NCBI GenBank assembly: GCA_963803845.1
Contig: CAWDNZ010000004.1
Coordinates: 1,932,801-1,996,800, forward strand
From: an uncultured Acidimicrobiales bacterium
Lineage (GTDB): Bacteria; Actinomycetota; Acidimicrobiia; Acidimicrobiales; SZUA-35
Length of the DNA: 64,000 nt
Direction: 5' to 3'
The notes below the pieces were generated by a model, which made no database searches, was not told where the DNA came from, and saw nothing but the letters and a program-made list of their open reading frames with translations. A program made the position numbers and the translations under genes. This document shows, in pieces, positions 1-9,531 of the stretch. Each line of letters opens with the position of its first letter. Position 1 is the stretch's first letter.

Positions 1-27
1 TCGGATTGCCGATGTGAGTTCCACCCG

Positions 28-1071
28 TTACGAAGCCGCCCGGACCGACGAAGTGGGCTGAGTCTCCCGCACCAGATCGCTCAGACGGGAGATCGTCTCG
101 GCGTACGCCGCTTCTGCGATCTCCGACGATGCGCCGGTGCGAAGGGTGTTGACCCCATGGAGCCGAGCGAGGTCGGCGGAGGGCTCCAGTACCGCAACGG
201 TGGTGCCCTCGGCGCGGAGCCGCTCGACCATTTGCATCAGGTTGATGTGGGCGAACTGGCGGAGCGCGAAGAGTGGCGGCGGGACCGCACTGGGAGCCGA
301 GAGTCCCAGAGGTGCCACCACGGTGACATGGTCGAGACGTTTGCCTAGCAGGAGGTCAAGATTGGTGGCGGAGTGTACACCTCCGTCTACGAGCGTGCGA
401 CCCTGGATACGGATGGGCGGATAGATTCCCGGCACTGCCGCTGAGGCCAGCGCAGCCTGCTGGAGGTTGGCTTGGATAGGGCCTCCCCGACGAAGCACAA
501 CCCGTCTACCGGTACGGATATCGACGGTGACCAGCCAGAGATTCTCTTCAGGCCATTCACGGGGGAGGTGAGCGTCGAGATCGGCGTGTTCGGCCAGTTG
601 CATGAGGCCACCAGGAAACACCTTGCCGAGTTCCCTCGGAAGCGGGGGCAGCGGGAATCGAAGAAGTGACCGGCCCAGGACCCAGCTGGAGCCGAGGGCT
701 CGCTGCATCAACGACATGGGGGAGTCCCACGCCGGCGCAAAGAAATCGTCGCCGCGCCGTTCTTCTGCGTCGCTGCCAGTATCTCGGGCAATCCGATAGA
801 GCTCCTGCGGAGAGACCCCCGACCGAAGCTGTGAGCCGACGATAGCGCCCGCCGATGTTCCAATGATGATGTCGAGCTCTTCGATACGGAGGGCTCCGGA
901 GGAGTGGAGGGCGTGGAGTGCGCCGGCGGTGTGGGCGATGCCGGTTCTTCCGCCAGCCCCGAGGACCAATCCGGTGCGCGGTCGCCGAATGCTTGGAGGG
1001 GGTGGGTAGCCCAGCGGTCGTAGGAAGGTCACTCCGCTCATCCTCTCGACGTTACCACCCCGCACCCCCAT
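28..1071 (-). CDS. patatin-like phospholipase family protein
   Basis: 347-aa ORF with Gly-rich oxyanion region 'LGAGGRTG', nucleophile elbow G-x-S-x-G ('GTSAG') and downstream 'VDGG' catalytic Asp motif, in patatin order. The true start may be the internal Met near 1041. Confidence 0.8.
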   Translation of the reverse strand: MGVRGGNVERMSGVTFLRPLGYPPPPSIRRPRTGLVLGAGGRTGIAHTAGALHALHSSGALRIEELDIIIGTSAGAIVGSQLRSGVSPQELYRIARDTGSDAEERRGDDFFAPAWDSPMSLMQRALGSSWVLGRSLLRFPLPPLPRELGKVFPGGLMQLAEHADLDAHLPREWPEENLWLVTVDIRTGRRVVLRRGGPIQANLQQAALASAAVPGIYPPIRIQGRTLVDGGVHSATNLDLLLGKRLDHVTVVAPLGLSAPSAVPPPLFALRQFAHINLMQMVERLRAEGTTVAVLEPSADLARLHGVNTLRTGASSEIAEAAYAETISRLSDLVRETQPTSSVRAAS

Positions 1072-1133
1072 CCTCTTGTACGGTCAAATCTCAAGGAGTG
1101 GAGTTATCTGTAATTAATAGTAGATTATAGGTT

Positions 1134-2138
1134 ATGAATGTTAAGTTGCAACCAATTGTTGCGGCAATCGTCGTGTTTGCAACGGTCGCGGCACTAACCA
1201 CTTCGGCGCATGCTCAGCCGGGCTGCGGCGCAGCTGGTCACAACGACGGGAGCGTGGCCTCCGCCGCGGCGTGGTGTTTGTATGGTCCCGACGGTGTCCC
1301 GCTCTCGCCATTGCTTCCGCTTGATTGTGAAGAAGTCACCTACGAGCTGGTGGTCCCGGACGACACCGTCACAGCGGTCTTCCCAACCCAAGTCATTCAG
1401 GACTACACGCCGGCTCTGTCTAACGGCAACGAGTCGGCGGGCTTCGACAATCACTACGGCACGATTCTCAACGTCCTCGGCGTCCCGGAAACACCGGACG
1501 AGGCACCGCCGGACGCCTACGCCATCGGCTCTGCGTTCCATGTGGACTTGGGAGCACGGCTCTTTTCCGCAACCAACCGCTGGTGGAGTAGGTATTGCTG
1601 GACTACCGATGAAGGACTCGGACAGCTGGTCGGCCGTGCCGATGGTCCATTTGGCGAGGGCCCCGTCATCCCGCTGGCGGGGCTGGTGGCGGGGGCGATT
1701 GCGCGTCTCGCCCCGCCCGAACCGCCTCCGGTCCTGTTTGCCGGCCCCGCCAGCATTTTGCAGTTGCCAACCTGGTTCTGGATGGATGCGCAGTGGTGGA
1801 ACGCCGAGTATCTCGAAACGGCTCAGCATGGACGAGTCAGCGTCAGAGTGGCGGCCATTCCGCAGCTATGGCGTTTGCGGATTCATGGAAGGGTGGTGGC
1901 TGTGTGTGGCGGCCGGGGAACCGAGTACGACGCCCGCCGCCAGGACGATCATCCCGACGCCTGCACGTTCACGTTTACCGAGACCCCGCCGGACCTACCA
2001 GTTCAGCTGGTAGCCGACGTCGAGATTGGGGTGTGGTGGGCCACCTCGGTCGAGGGTTATGGCATCCAGAGCCTTCCACCATTTTCCCGCTCCAGTTCAG
2101 CTGATCACGAGGTTATCGAGGTCATCGGTTTGCGCTGA
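1134..2138 (+). CDS. secreted hypothetical protein (Sec signal peptide, Cys/Trp-rich)
   Basis: 334-aa ORF. N-terminus 'MNVKLQPIVAAIVVFATVAALTTSAHA|QP' looks like a cleavable signal peptide. No family recognised. The 5' end and upstream 60 nt are conspicuously AT-rich for this window. Confidence 0.55.
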   Translation: MNVKLQPIVAAIVVFATVAALTTSAHAQPGCGAAGHNDGSVASAAAWCLYGPDGVPLSPLLPLDCEEVTYELVVPDDTVTAVFPTQVIQDYTPALSNGNESAGFDNHYGTILNVLGVPETPDEAPPDAYAIGSAFHVDLGARLFSATNRWWSRYCWTTDEGLGQLVGRADGPFGEGPVIPLAGLVAGAIARLAPPEPPPVLFAGPASILQLPTWFWMDAQWWNAEYLETAQHGRVSVRVAAIPQLWRLRIHGRVVAVCGGRGTEYDARRQDDHPDACTFTFTETPPDLPVQLVADVEIGVWWATSVEGYGIQSLPPFSRSSSADHEVIEVIGLR

Positions 2139-2192
2139 GTCCTCTGGTGGGGTCAGACTCGGCCAAGGCCCGGTTGAGGGTTCTGGGCCCTG

Positions 2193-3341
2193 GTGGCCCA
2201 AACTGCTGCTCACCCTGCGTATCCTTCACTGTTAGTGCGAAGTCGACCAGAGCCCACGCTGCCTGCCTTCAGTGGCGGCTGCATCACCAACATCCTTCCC
2301 TACCTGCTGCCTCGGGGCCGCGGGATGGCTCGCCTGCCGGTTGAGCTGGGAGCAACCAAGAAGCGGGTGCTCCTCGTCCTCGACGGGCTCGGCTGGGATC
2401 AGCTGCAGGATCGCCAGTCGATCGTCCCCACCCTGCATGCGATGACCGGAGGGCCGATCACCACAGTGGCACCCTCCACCACGGCCACCGCTCTCACATC
2501 GATCACCACCAGCCTGACCCCCGGCGAACACGGAGTGGTGGGATACCGGATGGTGGTCGACGGCGAGGTTCTGAACACTCTTCGCTGGGGATCGTTGGAA
2601 ACACCGGACGCCCGTCGTCAGATCCCTCCCGATGTCATCCAACCCTATGATCCGTTCCAGGGCCAAGACGTGCCGTTGGTGTCCCGGGCAGACTTCCGTC
2701 GATCTGGTTTCAGCGCTGCCCATCTACGCGGCGCCCACCTCGTCGGATATCGGACCACCGCCACGATGGTGCACGAGGTGAGCCGGCTTCTGCACGAGGG
2801 CGAGGAGTTCGTCTACGCCTACTACGACGGTGTCGACAAGGTCTCCCACGAGTACGGGTTCGGGTCGGTCTTCGATGCCGAGTTTGCCTTCGTTGACCGA
2901 ATGGTTGCCGAGATCATCGCAAGCGCCCCAAGTGGCACCGAGGTCATCGTCACCGCCGACCACGGCCAGGTCGACTGCGACAACAACGTGGTGCACCTGC
3001 ATGAAGATGTTGATGCGTTGGTCACGGGACTGTCGGGCGAAGGGCGGTTTCGCTGGCTGCACTGCGATCCCACCAAGGTCGACGAACTCGAGGCCGAAGC
3101 CAATCGGCATCATGGGCATCAGTCATGGGTCCGCACCCGCCAGCAAGTCATCGACGAGAAGTGGTTCGGACCCGTGATGCGGCACGGCGTTGAAGACCGT
3201 CTTGGTGATGTGGCGTTGTGCCCCTTTGAGCCGATCTCATTTTTCGATCCGGGCGACAGTGGCCCTTACGATCTGATCGGCCGGCACGGTTCGCTCACCG
3301 AGGCCGAGATGCTGGTGCCGTTGCTGCGAGCCGAGGCGTAG
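2193..3341 (+). CDS. alkaline phosphatase superfamily protein (type I phosphodiesterase/nucleotide pyrophosphatase-like)
   Basis: 'VLLVLDGLGWDQL' (metal-binding Asp), 'APSTTATALTS' (nucleophile Thr region) and 'VTADHGQ' motifs in the expected order. GTG start at 2193 is uncertain. Confidence 0.65.
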   Translation: MAQTAAHPAYPSLLVRSRPEPTLPAFSGGCITNILPYLLPRGRGMARLPVELGATKKRVLLVLDGLGWDQLQDRQSIVPTLHAMTGGPITTVAPSTTATALTSITTSLTPGEHGVVGYRMVVDGEVLNTLRWGSLETPDARRQIPPDVIQPYDPFQGQDVPLVSRADFRRSGFSAAHLRGAHLVGYRTTATMVHEVSRLLHEGEEFVYAYYDGVDKVSHEYGFGSVFDAEFAFVDRMVAEIIASAPSGTEVIVTADHGQVDCDNNVVHLHEDVDALVTGLSGEGRFRWLHCDPTKVDELEAEANRHHGHQSWVRTRQQVIDEKWFGPVMRHGVEDRLGDVALCPFEPISFFDPGDSGPYDLIGRHGSLTEAEMLVPLLRAEA

Positions 3342-3367
3342 GGCCGGGGACCGGTATCCTTGCAGCA

Positions 3368-3880
3368 ATGAGTGACCTCTCCAGACCCGAGCCCAAAGAC
3401 GGCGCAGATGAGGTGGCGCACGAAACACCGGAGGTCGTGGAGCTCCCGAAAAAGGCGACGAATCAAGATGCGCCCCGCAACTCGATTTCCGAACCCGCCA
3501 AGGTTATGAGGATCGGGTCGATGATCAAGCAGCTGCTTGAGGAGGTTCGCACCACGCCTCTCGACGATGCTGGCCGCAATCGCTTGAAGGACATCTACGA
3601 GACCTCCATTTCAGAGTTAGGCGAGGCGTTGTCTCCCGATCTCAACGACGAACTGAATTCTCTGGCGCTCCCGTTTGGTGAGAACGAAGTGCCGTCTGAT
3701 TCTGAACTACGAATCGCCCAGGCGCAGTTGGTCGGATGGCTCGAGGGACTGTTCCACGGGATTCAGGCCACCCTGTTCGCCCAACAGATGGCAGCTCGTC
3801 AGCAACTGGAGCAGATGCATCAGCAGGCGCTTCCCACGAGCGGAGCTACTCGCCAACCCCAGACCGGTACGTATTTGTAG
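3368..3880 (+). CDS. bpa: bacterial proteasome activator Bpa/PafE (DUF2587)
   Basis: Long stretches match mycobacterial Rv3780 as I recall it ('PAKVMRIGSMIKQLLEEVR', 'ELRIAQAQLVGWLEGLFHGIQ..LFAQQMAAR'). The C-terminus ends ...QTGTYL*, versus the canonical GQYL. Confidence 0.85.
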   Translation: MSDLSRPEPKDGADEVAHETPEVVELPKKATNQDAPRNSISEPAKVMRIGSMIKQLLEEVRTTPLDDAGRNRLKDIYETSISELGEALSPDLNDELNSLALPFGENEVPSDSELRIAQAQLVGWLEGLFHGIQATLFAQQMAARQQLEQMHQQALPTSGATRQPQTGTYL

Positions 3881-3948
3881 TCGCCGTTCCCGTGGCAAGT
3901 GCGCCCGGCCCCTTCCGGGTTGCCCAGGTGGGCAACTAGTCTTGCCCG

Positions 3949-5211
3949 GTGACTGCTGAGCGAGTTGTAGTCGTCGGGCAGGGTTACGTGGGTCTGCCGT
4001 TGGCGGTCCGGGCCGTGGAAGTAGGGTTCGACGTTGTTGGCTATGACCTTGACTCCGCCCGCATCGCTCGGTTGCAGGCTGGCGATTCATACGTAGAGGA
4101 CGTCCCGGCGGACAAATTGGCCGCGGCCCTTGATTCGGGCCGATTCCTCGTGACGGATCAACTCGCCGCCGTGGAGGGTTTCGACGTTGTTGTGATAACA
4201 GTGCCGACACCATTGCGCGACGGCGCCCCCGATCTCAGCTGTATCGAGGCCTCTGCCCGTGATCTCAGCCCGTATCTTCGACCCGGGGTGGCGGTGATCT
4301 TGGAATCCACCACATATCCCGGCACCACGGAAGAGTTGTTGATACCGCTCCTGGAATCTAGGTCGGAGCTGAAGGCGGGCGCTGATTTCCACGTGGGCTA
4401 CAGCCCGGAGCGAATTGATCCCGGAAACATGGTTTACCGGTTCGAGAACACGCCCAAGGTGGTTTCGGGAACCACTCCTCAGGGCCTCGACCGCATCGCA
4501 GCTTTTTATGAACAGCTGGTGGTGGAGGCGGTACGGGTGCCCGGGCCGAAAGAGGCCGAACTTTCCAAGCTGCTCGAGAACACATTTCGTCACGTCAATA
4601 TCGCGCTGGTGAACGAGCTGGCAGTCTTCGCCGCTGAGCTCGACATCGATATCTGGGCCGCAATCGACGCCGCCAATACCAAGCCGTTTGGATACATGAA
4701 ATTCACCCCCGGTCCGGGGGTTGGCGGTCATTGTCTTCCCATCGACCCCAGCTATCTCAGCTGGCGGGTGAAACGATCACTCGGTCACAGCTTCCGGTTC
4801 GTCGAGCTGGCCAACGACGTGAATGAACACATGCCGGATCACGTGGTGGAGCGGATTACGCGAATCTTGAACGACGCGGAACGATCCGTCCGAGGATCGC
4901 GAATTCTCCTGGTAGGGCTGGCGTACAAGCCAGACAGCGGTGATTCCCGAGAGACCCCGGTTCTGGCGGTCGCCGAGAGATTGTACGAACTCGGCGGTTT
5001 GGTTACCTGCGCTGACTCCTGGGTGGACCCCGATCGTTTTCCCGCCAGTGTGCGACGCGTGGATTTGACGCCGGAAACGCTTGCTGAGGCCGATCTGGTG
5101 GTCATGTTGACCAACCATTCCGACACCGATCTGGCCATGGTGGCGGAGCACTCCAAAGTGGTCTTCGACACCCGCAATGCGGTGCATGGCCCCAACGTGA
5201 TCAAGTTGTAG
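3949..5211 (+). CDS. nucleotide-sugar (UDP-GlcNAc/UDP-ManNAc type) 6-dehydrogenase
   Basis: N-terminal Rossmann 'VVVVGQGYVGLPLA', central 'GGHCLP' catalytic Cys motif and a 420-aa length typical of the UDP-glucose/GDP-mannose dehydrogenase family. Confidence 0.8.
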   Translation: MTAERVVVVGQGYVGLPLAVRAVEVGFDVVGYDLDSARIARLQAGDSYVEDVPADKLAAALDSGRFLVTDQLAAVEGFDVVVITVPTPLRDGAPDLSCIEASARDLSPYLRPGVAVILESTTYPGTTEELLIPLLESRSELKAGADFHVGYSPERIDPGNMVYRFENTPKVVSGTTPQGLDRIAAFYEQLVVEAVRVPGPKEAELSKLLENTFRHVNIALVNELAVFAAELDIDIWAAIDAANTKPFGYMKFTPGPGVGGHCLPIDPSYLSWRVKRSLGHSFRFVELANDVNEHMPDHVVERITRILNDAERSVRGSRILLVGLAYKPDSGDSRETPVLAVAERLYELGGLVTCADSWVDPDRFPASVRRVDLTPETLAEADLVVMLTNHSDTDLAMVAEHSKVVFDTRNAVHGPNVIKL

Positions 5212-5379
5212 AGCAGGCTCGCACGCTCGAGCGCCCTCCCCCTTAGCGCTCGTTCGAACGCTGAGCCCACCCGTCTCCCCGCCGGCCTGCAAGTGATTTG
5301 CGATTCGTCATTGACGGCGGGCGCGATCCAAACGACAGGGGGGTAGTTTCGATAGTCTGCGAGGAGCGGAAGGGGTCTT

Positions 5380-8300
5380 GTGGGATCGTCGTTCACCCAT
5401 CTTCATGTCCATACCGAGTTTTCCATGCTGGACGGGGCGTCGCGCCTCGATGACCTGGTGGCCAAGGCGGCCGCAGATGGGATGCCGGCGCTGGGGATTA
5501 CCGACCACGGCAACATGTATGGGGTCCTGGACTTCTACAAAGCTTGCCGCAAGACCAACGTCAAACCGATTATCGGCTGCGAGCTATATCAGGCCGAGGA
5601 ATCCCGGAACGAGCGGCCCAGCCGGCGGGGACGGATGGACGATTCTGGCGGCAGTACCGATGGCGGAAAGAAGCTGTACTACCACCTCACGGCATTGGCG
5701 GAGAACAACACCGGCTACAAGAACCTGATCCAACTGGCCTCTCGGGCTTTCATGGAGGGCTACTACTACAAGCCTCGCGTGGACTGGGAAGTTCTCAGCG
5801 ACCACTCCGAGGGAGTCATGGTCACCACAGGCTGCCTTGGTGGCCAGGTTCTCCAGGCCCTGATGCAAGGCAACGAGGAGGCCGCGCTCCAAAAGGCCGC
5901 CCGCCTTCAAGACATCTTCGGTCGCGACAACATGTTCATCGAGCTGCAGGATCACGGCATTCCCGAGCAGCGGACCACCAATCCCCAGCTCATCAAGATT
6001 GCTCGCCAGATCAACGCCCCGATCATCGTCACCAATGATTCCCATTACACCGAGCAGCACGACCACGGTTCACACGATGCGCTCCTCTGTGTGCAGACAG
6101 GGTCGCTGATCAGCGATCCTGACCGGTTCAAGTTCAATGGTGATCAGCATTACTTGAAGACTGCGCAAGAGATGCGTCGGGAGTGGTCCGAACTGCCCGA
6201 GGCCTGCGACAACACGCTTTGGATCGCTGAACGCGCCAACGTAGAAATCGAGTTTGGGAAACCATTGCTGCCGGACTTTCCTATTCCCGAGGGTTTCGCC
6301 GGTGCGGATGAATACCTCGAACACCTCACCATGGCGGGCGCCCGTGAACGGTGGGGGGCTTCACTCACCGATGAGACGGTGGAGAGGCTGGCCTACGAAC
6401 TCAACGTGATCAAGAGCATGGGCTTTTCGTCTTACTTCCTCATCACCTGGGACCTCATCGCTCACGCCCGGAACAACAACATCCGTGTGGGTCCGGGCCG
6501 CGGTTCCGCCGCCGGGTGTGCAGTGGCGTACAGCCTCCGGATCACGGACCTCGATCCGATCAAATATGACTTGCTGTTCGAGCGGTTCCTCAACCCGTCC
6601 CGCATCTCCATGCCCGATATCGATATGGACTTCGAGACCCGGTACCGCGACGAAATGATCCGCTACTGTGCTGAAAAATACGGCCGGGATCACGTGGCCC
6701 AGATTGTCACGTTCTCTCAGATAAAGGCCCGAGCAGCGGTGCGCGACGCCGCCCGAGTGCTGGGCTATCCCTATGCCGTAGGGGACCGGGTGGCCAAGGC
6801 CATGCCGCCGCTCATCATGGGGCGGGATACGCCGCTGAAGTACTGCTTTGAAGAGTCCGAGAAGTACAAAGACGGTTTCAGTATGGCCAAGGAGCTTCGG
6901 GACATGGTGGCGAGCGACGCCGACGTGGCCAAGGTGGTCGATGTGGCACGAGGGCTCGAGGGTTTGCGTCGATCCGATGGCATTCATGCCGCGGCGGTGG
7001 TGATCACCAAGGACGCACTCACCGAGTACATGCCGATCCAGCGCAAGCCGGACAAGAACCTTCCTATCGAGGAAGCGCCGGTGGTCACTCAATACGAAAT
7101 GCACGGTGTTGAAGAACTCGGCCTGTTGAAGATGGACTTCCTCGGGCTCCGTAACCTCGACGTGATCTCCGATGCCCTCACCCTTGTCAAGCACGTTCAC
7201 GACGTGGACGTGGATATCGATGCTGTTGACCTGGATGACGCCGCCACTTATGAACTTCTCAAGCAGGGCCTCACCATCGGGGTGTTCCAGTTGGAGTCGC
7301 CCCAGATGCGGGCGCTCATCCGGAGAATGGGTCCCACCGAGTTTGAAGACGTCGCCGCTCTCGTTGCGCTGTATCGCCCTGGCCCCATGGCCAAGAACAT
7401 GCACAACGACTACGCCGATCGCAAGAATCTCAAACAGGAGATCAGCTACGACAACCCTCAGGAAGAGGAGATCCTGGGTGACACCTATGGCCTGATGATC
7501 TATCAGGAACAGATGATGCGCTTCAGCCAGAAGTTCGCCGGCTACACGCTGGCCGAGGCGGACAACCTGCGCAAAGCGGCCGGGAAGAAGGACCGGGAAC
7601 TTATGGCGAAGGAGCGCCAGAAGTTCATCGAGGGGTGCACGGAACTGGACTACGGCGAGCAGTTTGGCAAGGACAAGTTTGATGTCATCGAGGGATTCGC
7701 CGACTATGCCTTCAACAAGAGCCACTCTTACGGCTACGGCCTTGTCAGCTATCAAACCGCCTATCTGAAGGCTAACTATCCCGCCGAATACCTGGCGTGC
7801 CTCCTCACGTCGGTGAAGAACGACCTCGAAAAGGCGGCGGTGTATCTCAACGAGTGCCGTCAGCTCGGCATCAGCGTCCTCGTTCCCGATGTCAACCGAT
7901 CCGATCTCGACTTCGGCTCGATCCCGGACCTCGAAGGTGCGCAGTTGCGTGGCCGCCAGCTGAATGCCATTACCTTTGGTCTCTCCGGCGTGAGAAACGT
8001 TGGCGAGGGTCTGGTGAGGCTCATCCTGGAAGATCGGAAGGAGAATGGGCCGTTCGCTTCGTTCATCGATTTCTGTGACCGGGTGGACCTCGCTGTTCTC
8101 AACAAGCGGGCGATTGAATCATTGATCAAGGCGGGTGCCTTCGATTCGCTGGGCCACCCCCGGAAGGGTCTTGTTGATGTTTTCGACGACATCGTGACCA
8201 AGACCATCCAGCGCCGCAAAGAGGAGGACATGGGCGTGCAAACGCTGTTCGGCGCCATGGAGACCAGCGACGAGGCCTACGACGACCGTCCTGCCATTCC

Positions 8301-8937
8301 CATCGGCGAGACCTACGACAAGGCCATTCGTCTCAAGTTGGAAAAGGAGATGCTGGGCCTTTACGTGAGCGACCATCCCCTCATGGGTGTGGAAGATGCA
8401 CTCCAGGCCCGGGCCTCTACCACAATCGCCATGCTGAGTGAGATGGAAGACGGCGAACAGGTGGCGGTGGGCGGCGTGGTCGCCAGCCTGCAGAAGAAGT
8501 GGACTAAGAAGGGCGAGTTGATGGCGCTCCTCATGCTGGAGGACCTGTCGTCGGCCATCGAGGTGATGGTCTTCCCGAAGTCATTTGCCGATTACGGGCA
8601 CTTGCTGGAGGATGACCGAATCGTCATCCTGCGCGGTCGCGTGAGTCGCCGTGACGACGAGCCTAAGCTCATGGCCTCCCAAGTGGAAGTGATCGACGCC
8701 GATGCACTGGCTCGCGAAAAGCCGTTAACGATTACAGTGCGGCCGGATCAATTGTCCGACGCTGCAGTAGCGCAGCTGAAGGGCTACATCGCTGAGCATC
8801 CCGGCGAAACCCCGATCGTGATCGACCTGGGCACAGACAAACACATCCGGCTCAGCGACAGCTATACGGTCAACATCGGCAACGGCTTTGTGGCCGACCT
8901 CCGCGTCCTCTTCGGCGCCCACTGCATCCGCCGCTAA
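5380..8937 (+). CDS. dnaE: DNA polymerase III alpha subunit
   Basis: 1185 aa. PHP domain start 'FTHLHVHTEFSMLDG', polymerase core motifs ('MPDIDMDF', 'LLKMDFLGLRNL') and a C-terminal OB region. Confidence 0.97.
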   Translation: MGSSFTHLHVHTEFSMLDGASRLDDLVAKAAADGMPALGITDHGNMYGVLDFYKACRKTNVKPIIGCELYQAEESRNERPSRRGRMDDSGGSTDGGKKLYYHLTALAENNTGYKNLIQLASRAFMEGYYYKPRVDWEVLSDHSEGVMVTTGCLGGQVLQALMQGNEEAALQKAARLQDIFGRDNMFIELQDHGIPEQRTTNPQLIKIARQINAPIIVTNDSHYTEQHDHGSHDALLCVQTGSLISDPDRFKFNGDQHYLKTAQEMRREWSELPEACDNTLWIAERANVEIEFGKPLLPDFPIPEGFAGADEYLEHLTMAGARERWGASLTDETVERLAYELNVIKSMGFSSYFLITWDLIAHARNNNIRVGPGRGSAAGCAVAYSLRITDLDPIKYDLLFERFLNPSRISMPDIDMDFETRYRDEMIRYCAEKYGRDHVAQIVTFSQIKARAAVRDAARVLGYPYAVGDRVAKAMPPLIMGRDTPLKYCFEESEKYKDGFSMAKELRDMVASDADVAKVVDVARGLEGLRRSDGIHAAAVVITKDALTEYMPIQRKPDKNLPIEEAPVVTQYEMHGVEELGLLKMDFLGLRNLDVISDALTLVKHVHDVDVDIDAVDLDDAATYELLKQGLTIGVFQLESPQMRALIRRMGPTEFEDVAALVALYRPGPMAKNMHNDYADRKNLKQEISYDNPQEEEILGDTYGLMIYQEQMMRFSQKFAGYTLAEADNLRKAAGKKDRELMAKERQKFIEGCTELDYGEQFGKDKFDVIEGFADYAFNKSHSYGYGLVSYQTAYLKANYPAEYLACLLTSVKNDLEKAAVYLNECRQLGISVLVPDVNRSDLDFGSIPDLEGAQLRGRQLNAITFGLSGVRNVGEGLVRLILEDRKENGPFASFIDFCDRVDLAVLNKRAIESLIKAGAFDSLGHPRKGLVDVFDDIVTKTIQRRKEEDMGVQTLFGAMETSDEAYDDRPAIPIGETYDKAIRLKLEKEMLGLYVSDHPLMGVEDALQARASTTIAMLSEMEDGEQVAVGGVVASLQKKWTKKGELMALLMLEDLSSAIEVMVFPKSFADYGHLLEDDRIVILRGRVSRRDDEPKLMASQVEVIDADALAREKPLTITVRPDQLSDAAVAQLKGYIAEHPGETPIVIDLGTDKHIRLSDSYTVNIGNGFVADLRVLFGAHCIRR

Positions 8938-8943
8938 CCCTTT

Positions 8944-9047
8944 CCCCGAAATTTCCGCTGTAGGCGACACTCACTGTCACCTACAGCAGACAATCCGCCG
9001 AAATGTCGCTCTCAGCAGACACTTCGGTGTCAGTAACACAAATCCGG
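8944..9047 (+). repeat. imperfect tandem repeat array (iteron-like, period about 26-29 nt) containing TGTCACCT-N4-CAGA
   Basis: Two aligned modules of about 52 nt: 8944-8994 'ccccgaaatttccgctgtaggcgacactcactgtcacctacagcagacaat' and 8995-9047 'ccgccgaaatgtcgctctcagcagacacttcggtgtcagtaacacaaatcc'. Core motif copies lie at 8975-8990 and, degenerate, at 9004-9019. Confidence 0.7.
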
Positions 9048-9066
9048 TCCGCCAGCGAAGCGCGGT

Positions 9067-9528
9067 GTGTGCCACCATTGCGAGGTGCGAACCTTCGACT
9101 TCGAATTCACCGTTGAAGCGCCCCAAGCCGTGGTGCGCGACTTCCACCACGACACCGCCGTGCTGAAGATCCTCACGCCGCCGCCCACCATCATGAGGGT
9201 GCATTCGATGGATCCCCTGGGGGAGGGGTCGGTCAGCCGCTTCACGATTTGGGCTGGCCCACTACCGATCCGGTGGGTGGCCACGCACTACCACGTGGAT
9301 CAGAATGGCTTCCAGGATGTCCAAACCTCCGGCCCGATGGCACACTGGGCTCATACCCATCGATTTGTGGCCGAGGGACCGGATCGGACCCGCGTCATCG
9401 AACACATCGAGTACGAGCACCCTCGGTTCCCGAAGCTGTTGCTTACCTACGCAATCTTTGGCCCGCTGAGTCTTCGGGCTCTGTTCGAGTACCGCAAGTT
9501 CCAGACCAAACGGCACTGCGAACCGTAG
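9067..9528 (+). CDS. SRPBCC (START/Bet v1-like) superfamily protein
   Basis: 153-aa ORF of the size and pattern of ligand-binding SRPBCC proteins ('FTVEAP...V..F', 'W.H.H.F...G..T.V.D.IEY'). The start (GTG 9067 or downstream) is uncertain. Confidence 0.5.
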   Translation: MCHHCEVRTFDFEFTVEAPQAVVRDFHHDTAVLKILTPPPTIMRVHSMDPLGEGSVSRFTIWAGPLPIRWVATHYHVDQNGFQDVQTSGPMAHWAHTHRFVAEGPDRTRVIEHIEYEHPRFPKLLLTYAIFGPLSLRALFEYRKFQTKRHCEP

Positions 9529-9531
9529 GCT

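Noticed and set aside
6361-7755. 464-aa ORF antisense to dnaE. Similar long antisense ORFs occur at 13298-14269 (-), 27504-28472 (-), 55454-56506 (+), 60841-62079 (-) and 62345-63817 (-).
   Set aside because: Each lies entirely inside a confidently identified gene on the other strand and has Arg/Pro/Gly/His-rich low-complexity translations. Stop-poor antisense frames are a typical artefact of GC-rich DNA.
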